Origin: Callorhinchus milii
Taxonomy: Eukaryota
Assembly (NCBI RefSeq): GCF_018977255.1
Contig: NW_024704742.1
Location: forward strand, 139,006,001-139,070,000
DNA: 64,000 bases
Direction: 5' to 3'
A program made the position numbers and the translations under genes. The notes beneath the pieces were generated by a model. The model was not told the DNA's origin and searched no databases. It saw nothing but the letters and a program-made list of their open reading frames with translations. Shown here one piece after another: positions 58,002-64,000 of this stretch. How positions within the stretch are numbered: the stretch's first letter is position 1; each line of letters starts with the position of its first letter.

Positions 58002-59262
58002 ATTTGTTAAAGGCAAATCTTGCCTAATAAATCTAATAGAATTTTTTGAAGAGGTGACTGCGAGGGTTGATGACGGAAATGCGGTGGACATTATTTACAT
58101 GGATTTTAAAAAGGCTTTTGACACAGCACCGCATAAGAGGTTAATAAAAAAACTGGAGGCCCACAGTATTAAGGGGACAGTGGCAGTTTGGATTAGGAAC
58201 TGACTGAGTGACAGAGAGCAGAGGGTGGTGTTAATGGGTGTTTCTCGAAATGGAAGGAGGTGTGCAGCGGTGTCCCCCAGGGATCGGTATTGGGACCACT
58301 GCTCTTTCTAATATATATTAATGATCTGGACTTGGGCATAGAGAGCACTATTTCCAAGTTTGCAGATGATACCAAGTTAGGTAGGGTAGTAAATAGTGAG
58401 GACTGTCACCAACTGCAGGCAGACATACACAGAATGGTGGAATGGGCTGACATGTGGCAGATGGATTTCAATGTGGATAAGTGTGAGGTGATACACTTCG
58501 GGAGGAAAAATGATAGGAGGCAATATAGACTTGGAGCTCAATCTTAAGGGGGGTGAACGTACAGAGAGATCTGGGTGTTCAAGTAAGCGAATCATTAAAG
58601 GTAGTGGAGCAGGTAGATAGGGCAGTAAAAAAGGCATTTGGTGTCCTGAGCTTTATTAGTAGGGCATAGAGTATAAGAGTAGGGGTTATGGTTAATCTGT
58701 ACAAAACACTGGTTAGGCCTCAGCTGGAGTACTGCGTCCAGTTCTGGGCACCTTACCTCAGGAAGGACATTAAGGCACTGGAAAGGGTGCAGAGGAGATT
58801 CACGAGAATGATACCAGGAATGGGGAACCTTAGCTATGAGGACAGGCTGGAGAACTTTTCCCATTAGAGCAGAGAAGGTTACGCGGGGACCTGATAGAGG
58901 TCTTCAAGATCATGAAAGGTTTCGACAGGCGAGATAGGGAAAGCTGTTTCCGCTGGTAGGTGTGTCTGTGACCCGCGGTCACAGTCTTAAGATATCACCA
59001 AAAGAAGCAGAGGGGAGGTTAGAAGGAATGTTTTCACTCAGCGAGTTGTTGGGATTTGGAATGATCCGCCCGAAAGGGCAGTGAAGTCCGATTCGATAAC
59101 AGCTTTTAAGAGAGAACTGGACAGGTATCGGGGAAGACGGGTTTAGCAGGTTATGGGGAGAAAGCTGGTGAGTGGGGTTAGTGAAAGTGACGCTCTGTCA
59201 AAGAGCCGCACAGATGGGCCGAATGGTCTCCTGTGCCGTAACATTCTATGATTCTATGATTC
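58002..59262 (+). mobile_element. CR1 RT-3' fragment nested in the host CR1
   Basis: [21 protein letters not shown]...KFADDTKLG; tail (ATTCTATG)n. Confidence 0.92.
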
Positions 59263-60585
59263 TAATGTATAAGCATATAAAGAATAAAAGGTTAGTCAAA
59301 GGAAGGGTGGGTCTAATTAGGGACCAAAGAGGAAACCTTCTTGTAGAGGCAGAGGGTACGGCTGACGAACTGAATGAGGACTTTGCATCTGTCTTCACAA
59401 AAGGAGAGAATGCGGCCAATGCCACAGTATCGGAGGAGATGGGAGAGAAATTGGATAAGATAAGAATAAACCGAGAGGAGGGACTAAAAAGGCTGTCGGT
59501 GCTCAAGGAGATAAGTCACCCGGTCTGGACGGGAGGCATCCCAGGTTACTGAGGGAAGTCAGGGCGGAAATAACGGAGGACTGGAGGGTTGCAAATGTTA
59601 CTCCCCTGTACAAAAAAGGACAGAAGAATAAACCCAGGAACTACCGGCCAGTGCCTAACGTCAGTCATGGGGAAACTTCTAAAGACTATCATATTAATAA
59701 TAATAATAATCATCCTTGAATTTGATATAGCGCCTTATCGTGTCTTCAAGACGTCTCAAAGCACTTCACAGAATGCAATGTAAAGTAAATTGACTATATG
59801 TTTTGTGGGGGAAATGTGACAGCCAATTGCACACAGCAGCGTCCCACAAACAGTCATGGATTGAGTGACCACATTTTTTTAAGGGATTATTCCCCCGGTA
59901 TTATATTATATATTATATATATTATTTAAGTATATCGTTATTTATTTGTGTAATGCAGTGAAAAATGCAGCTAGAAAATAAAAGCATTTTATTTCATACT
60001 CAGGTTATAGTTGGGAAAAATAAATAGAATAAAAAAATTTTACTTAGAAAAAAAGACAGCCAACATGGATTTCTTAAAGGCAAATCGTGTGTAACAAACC
60101 TGATAGAGTTTTTTGATGCAGTAACGGAGAGGGCGGATGAAGGGAGTGCAGGTGATGTAGTTTATATGTATTGTCCATATGACAAAGTGCCACATAAGAG
60201 ACTTGTAAACAGAATCGAAGCCCCGGTATTAAAGGGACAGTGGCAGCGGATACAGAACTGGGAGACAGAGAGCAGAGAGTGTGGGGAACGGTTGTTTCTC
60301 TGACTGGAGGGAAGTGTGCAGTGGTGTCCCCCGGGGGCCAGTATTGGGGGCCACTGCTGTTTGTGATCTATATAAATGACCTGGGCTTGGGGGAGAGGGA
60401 GGACAATTCCCACGTTTGCAGATGATACTGAGCTGGGAAAGTAGTAACCAGTGAGGAGGACAGTCGCAGCCTGTAAATGGCCATAGACAGACTGGTAACA
60501 TGGGCCGACACGGGGCAGATGGCGTTTAATGTGGAGAAATGCAAAGTGATGGAGTTTGGGAGAAAGAATGAGGAGAGGCCATATA

Positions 60586-61915
60586 CAACAACAGCAAAAA
60601 CAACAACAACAAAATTACATTTGTATAGCGCCTTTCACGTTGGGAGGACATCCCAAGGTGCTGGACAGAAAGAATTTCAGACCCCAGCTAGGGGTTGGGA
60701 TCAGGGAGAGTGGAGGCAGGATGGAAAGCAGGGCGATCGAAATCACGGTCAAAGCGGAGGGTCTTGAGATGGGTCTTGAAGGAGGTAAGGGAGGGGGTGA
60801 GGGAGGGGGCGAGACAGAGAGACTGTGGGATGGAGTTCCAGAGGGTGGGGGCAGAATGGCAGAAGGCCCGCCTGCCAATAGTGGGGCAAGTGAGGCAGGG
60901 GACGTGAAGCAGGCCGGAGCGCAATGAGCGCAAGGAGCGAGGAGCAAGAGGATGCAGGGGGTTAGGAGGTCGCAGAGGTAGGAGGGAAGCAAGACCATGG
61001 GAGCTTTGAAGGTGAGAACCAGGATCTTGACTGTATCCTCTGTGTGATGGGAACTCAGGGGAGTCGGGCGACGATGGGGGTGATAGGGTCGCGGAGCCTG
61101 GTGGGGGTGAGGATGGGGTGATGGGGTCGGGGAGCCTGGTGGGGGTGATGGGGTCGGGGAGCCTGGTGGGGTGAGGATGGGGTGATGGGGTCGGGGAGCC
61201 TGGTGGGGTGAGGATGGGGGTGATGGGTCGGGGAGCCTGGTGGGGGTGAGGATGGGGTGATGGGGTGGGGGTGAGGATGGGGGTGATGGGGTGGGGGTGA
61301 GGATGGGGGTGATGGGGTGGGGGTGAGGATGGGGGTGATGGGGTGGGGGTGAGGACATGGGCTGCAGAGTTGGTTCTGGATGATCTGCAGTGTGTGGGGG
61401 GAGGAGTTGGGGGCCGACCAGCAGGGAGTTTGGGGGTGGGGGTCGATCCTGGATGTAATGAAGGTGTGTGTGAGGGTCTCGGGGGCTGCGGAGGGAGACA
61501 GTGGGGAGGTGGGGGTTGTGGAGGTGGGGAAGGCAGAGCGGGTCATGGCGCAGTTGTGGGGTAGAAAGGGTAGTTGGGGGTCAAACCAGACCCCACGGTT
61601 GGGGACTGGCCCAGTGAGGGGGAGCGAGCCCCAGGGATGGTGATGCTGTCAGCGCCTGAGGGGAGGAGGGGCTGACGGGAGCCAATCAGGAGCCTCGGTC
61701 TGGTTGACGTTCAACTGGAGAACGTTGGCTCTCATCGCGGACTCGACGTCTGACAGACATTGTGTCCGGACAGCAGTGGGGCCTGGAGTCAAGGGGGGGG
61801 CAGAGAGGAGAGTTGGGTGTCATCCACATACATGTGGAGTTTACCTCAAGTCACAAGAGGGAGCATATAGATGTTGAAGAGGAGGGGACCAAGCACAGAA
61901 CCCGAGCCCTGAGGA
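60586..61915 (-). mobile_element. L2 LINE RT-3' fragment with minisatellite expansion (61075-61355)
   Basis: (TRLPDPITPILTP)-type array; tail at 60586. Confidence 0.88.
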
Positions 61916-62744
61916 ACTATATTAGATTAAATTAAATTAGAGAATGCTGAAGCACAAACTGCAACATCTGTCCAGACTGAGCTTGAGCCATTGATAACTT
62001 TACTGGCTGTCAAAAAGATATACACATTAGCTGCTGAAACACAGGTTTTGCTCACGTCTGACCACTTATCACATTCCGGGGAATGTCTGAGACTCCGAGC
62101 TTGTGCTTGTCCCACAATCAAACACTTGAGAACTTGAAAGGATGCTGGATCCATTCACATTTTCGGACTGAGGTGAGTAGATATCTTTTAGGTCAGGGTG
62201 TCAAGGGTATGGACAGGCGGGTGGGGTAATTGGAATTAAGGTAAAGATCAGCCATGATCTAATAGAATGAAGGAACAGGCTGGAGGGCTAAATGGCCTCC
62301 TCCTGTTCCTATGTTCCTATTGAAAGCTTGCAGTCAGAGTCGTGGCATTTTGCAAAGCTGCTGCTACTCCAGTACATCACTGACAGGAGATAAATAAATG
62401 CACTGCAAGAAGATGAGATGTACGAGCTGATCATGGTACACCGGCAATGGAACCTGGCACAGATTGGTGTCCGGGGCCTGTGGTAAGTGCTCATTTATTT
62501 TGGTAATTCTGATCTTAATAATAAATCAATAATGTGCTCTGTTTAAGCAATTCAACCCTGCAGAGAAAGCTACAGAAAGCATACAGGAGACAAAGAACAG
62601 GTTGGCCACTGAAGGATTTTTCTCTATTGTACAGGGAAATTTTCGAAACTTGAGAACACACAACATTTTCCCTACAAAATACACAGTCACTGCACTTTAC
62701 AGTATATTCTGTGATGCGCTTTGAGACGTCTCAGCGATGTTGAG

Positions 62745-63370
62745 ATTTTAGACGTTGACGAGAGCCAAAGAGTATGGCTTCCGTCGTGTCAACGTTCAGC
62801 TGAAGGAAGTTTGCGCTCATCCAACCCCTGAGATCTGACAGGAGAACATCAGGGGACTGGGGGGCGCAAAGAGAGGTGGACAAATAGAGTTGGGTGTCCT
62901 CCGCATACGTGTGGAAACGTACCCCATGTCTGCGGGTGACATCCCCAAGAGGGAGCATCAGATCAGAAAGAGGAGGGGGCCAAGGGTGGATCCTTGGGGT
63001 ACCCGCAGGTGACCGGGTGAGAGCGGGAGGAGAAGCCGTTGGTGCAGAAGTACTGCTGGTGGTTTGTGAGGTAGGACTCGAACCGGGCGAGTGCGGTCCC
63101 ACTGAGGTGGATGACGGAGGAATGGCGGGGGAGGAGGATGGCGTGATCGACTGTCGAACGCGGCGGAGAGGTCCAGGAGGACAAGGAGGCAGAGGGAGCC
63201 CTGGTCACAGATAGAGAGGATGGAGTTTGTGACTTTCACAAGTACTGTGGGCGGAAACCGGACTGGAGGGTTCGAAGAGGGAGTGGGAGGAGGTGTGCGC
63301 GGAGTTGGTTGGTTGAGAGGAAGGGCAGGTTAGAGATAGGGCGGCAGTGGCTGGGGTTTGAGGGATCTCG
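62745..63370 (-). mobile_element. L2 RT fragment, sibling of the 15030 and 26060 copies
   Basis: [33 protein letters not shown]. Confidence 0.9.
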
Positions 63371-63779
63371 GGAGGGTTTTCTCCCCATCGTCAGGTCGCG
63401 CCTGAAGACCTTCCTCTTCGAGCGCGTCTACCCCCCCGCCCCCTCCCCCCGGCTCAACCTCGGGCTCCGCCATTGTTAAGCTCTGAGACGCCGCCCGGCC
63501 TCCATTCCACAGTCCCCCGCCTCGCCCCCCTCCTGCGCCCCCTCCCTTGCCCCCTCCCTTGCCTCCTCCCTCACCCCCTCCCTCACCCCCTTCAAGACAC
63601 ATACCAAGACCCTCCTCTTCTACCGGCTTTCGATGTCCCTGCTTCCACCCCTCCCCTCGCCCCTCACCCACCCTGACCCTCAGCTCGGGTCTGTAACTGT
63701 CTGTTAGCGCCTTGGGACGTCCTCCCCACATGAAAAGCCTTTACATAGGGACTTGGATTGTTGTTTCTGTGCAATCTGG

Positions 63780-64000
63780 GGGCTGTGGGAGGTGGAGGCT
63801 GTGGGGGGGGGCTGTGTTTGTCTGTAATCAGGAGTTGGGGTAGGTGGGGGTTGTAGGTGGGGGGGGGTCGCTGGCTGCTGTGGGTGGGGGTACCTGGCTG
63901 CTGTGGGTGGAGGGGCGCTGGCTGCTGTGGGTGGGGGTTGCTGGCTGCTGTGGGTGGGGGGGGAGCTGGCTGCTGTGGGTGGGGGGTTGCTGGCTGCTGT
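63780..64000. repeat. G-rich minisatellite (ctggctgctgtgggtggggg)n, runs off the window
   Basis: Directly visible. Confidence 0.9.

Larger units (their letters stand above)
56115..60585 (+). mobile_element. Fragmented host CR1 (EN to RT) carrying nested insertions
   Basis: Colinear pieces 56115-56225 (MGDVNYPNID), 57498-57750, 57860-58000, 59263-59690 and 60055-60585. Confidence 0.8.

Noticed and set aside
44312..64000. Transporter exons 2-3 (e.g. FPGELLMRML)
   Set aside because: Searched by eye and not found; presumably beyond the right edge (intron 3 >19 kb). The gene is partial, not pseudogenised

Overview
Vertebrate genomic DNA. The repeat content (CR1 and L2 LINEs, a tRNA-derived Deu-type SINE) points to a cartilaginous fish, possibly a chimaera; this is an inference. 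One host protein-coding gene is clearly supported: a minus-strand EAAT1/SLC1A3-type glutamate transporter. Its last seven coding exons (human exons 4-10 equivalents; 205, 43, 296, 234, 195, 135 and 208 nt, all GT-AG and phase-compatible) lie between 44311 and 24816, and exons 1-3 fall beyond the right edge. The first ~2.3 kb is a CpG-island promoter. Its minus-strand start resembles, from memory, the 5' end of NIPBL, which fits the known SLC1A3-NIPBL gene order. Most of the remaining sequence is nested L2/CR1/SINE debris and locally born tandem repeats, and nearly all long ORFs in the track are repeat artefacts. I found no convincing wholly new gene system. The best leads are paralog identity of the transporter, inverted repeats around exon 4, a 1.45-kb array abutting the exon-9 acceptor, a perfect hairpin at a CR1 junction, SINE/LINE tail sharing, a recurrent minisatellite hotspot inside L2, non-autonomous L2 derivatives and paired CTCF motifs. 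Repeat boundaries are read by eye and approximate; exon boundaries were checked base by base.
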